Made by a program: the position numbers and the translations under genes
Assembly: GCF_006345805.1 (NCBI RefSeq)
Contig: NC_042997.1
Location: forward strand, 195,052,001 to 195,116,000
Source: Octopus sinensis
Lineage: Eukaryota
DNA length: 64,000 nucleotides
Reading direction: 5' to 3'
Shown: positions 63,391 to 64,000 of the stretch, in pieces
Numbering within the stretch: the stretch's first letter is position 1
Layout of the letters: every line of letters starts with the position of its first letter
The notes under the pieces: model-generated
What the model saw: only the letters and a program-made list of their open reading frames with translations
Database searches by the model: none
What the model was told of the DNA's origin: nothing

Positions 63391-64000
63391 ACATATATAC
63401 ATACATACACACACACACACAAATACAATGGGGTGCTGAAAAGTTCTTGGCTCCAAGGGTATCACAAAAGGCCTGGTTGGAGGCCCAACCTTCTGAGTTC
63501 TTCTATAGAGCTTAGGAAAACTGAAAGACAGCTGCAGTAGGTGTGTGAATTTGAGAAGGGGATAGTTGAATAAAATGTAAAATTGTTTTTATTATAAATA
63601 ACTGAACATAGAGAATAAATAAATATACAAACATAAACAATAAGCATATCCATAAATTGATAAACAAATATGAAATATATATATATAAATATATATATTT
63701 CATATATATATATATACACACACATACTCACGTGTATATGTATATATATATACACACACACATAAACACATACTCATGTGTACATATATATATACACACA
63801 TGTGTGTTTGTATATATATATCATCATCATCATCATCATCATCGTTTAACGTCCGCTTTCCATGCTAGCATGGGTTGGACGGTTCAACTGGGGTCTGGCA
63901 AGCTCGAAGGCTGCACCAGGCCAGTCAGATCTGGCAGTTGTTTTACAGCTGGATGCCCTTCCTAACGCCAACCACTCCGAGAGTGTAGTGGGTGATTTTA

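Overview
AT-rich, repeat-saturated eukaryotic non-coding DNA. The SINE, microsatellite and transposon repertoire suggests an octopus or other coleoid cephalopod genome; this is an inference from repeat types and was not verified by a search. No host protein-coding exon could be supported, and nearly all long ORFs in the track are repeat artefacts or decayed transposon fragments. Mobile content: at least five SINE-like families (dozens of copies), RTE and CR1 LINE fragments, Penelope-like (PLE) remnants, a solo LTR, mariner, maT and Chapaev-like DNA transposon relics, MITEs, non-autonomous Helitrons, and mini/microsatellites. The main result is a set of hammerhead ribozyme (HHR) motifs read by eye. 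A 4-copy tandem array of a ~486-bp unit (20296-22245), embedded in (TA)n, carries a type I hammerhead with an intact catalytic core on the minus strand of every unit, which is a retrozyme-like architecture. Just upstream on that strand lies a promoter-like array of five fixed-spacing CRE/CCAAT modules plus a TATA box. Three further HHR-bearing families occur: a 3.8-kb fold-back, a tRNA-headed PLE terminal repeat, and a short (TA)n-tailed element with a variant core. Also notable is a chronologically graded array of four SINE insertions at one re-duplicated 16-bp target (13001-14130).
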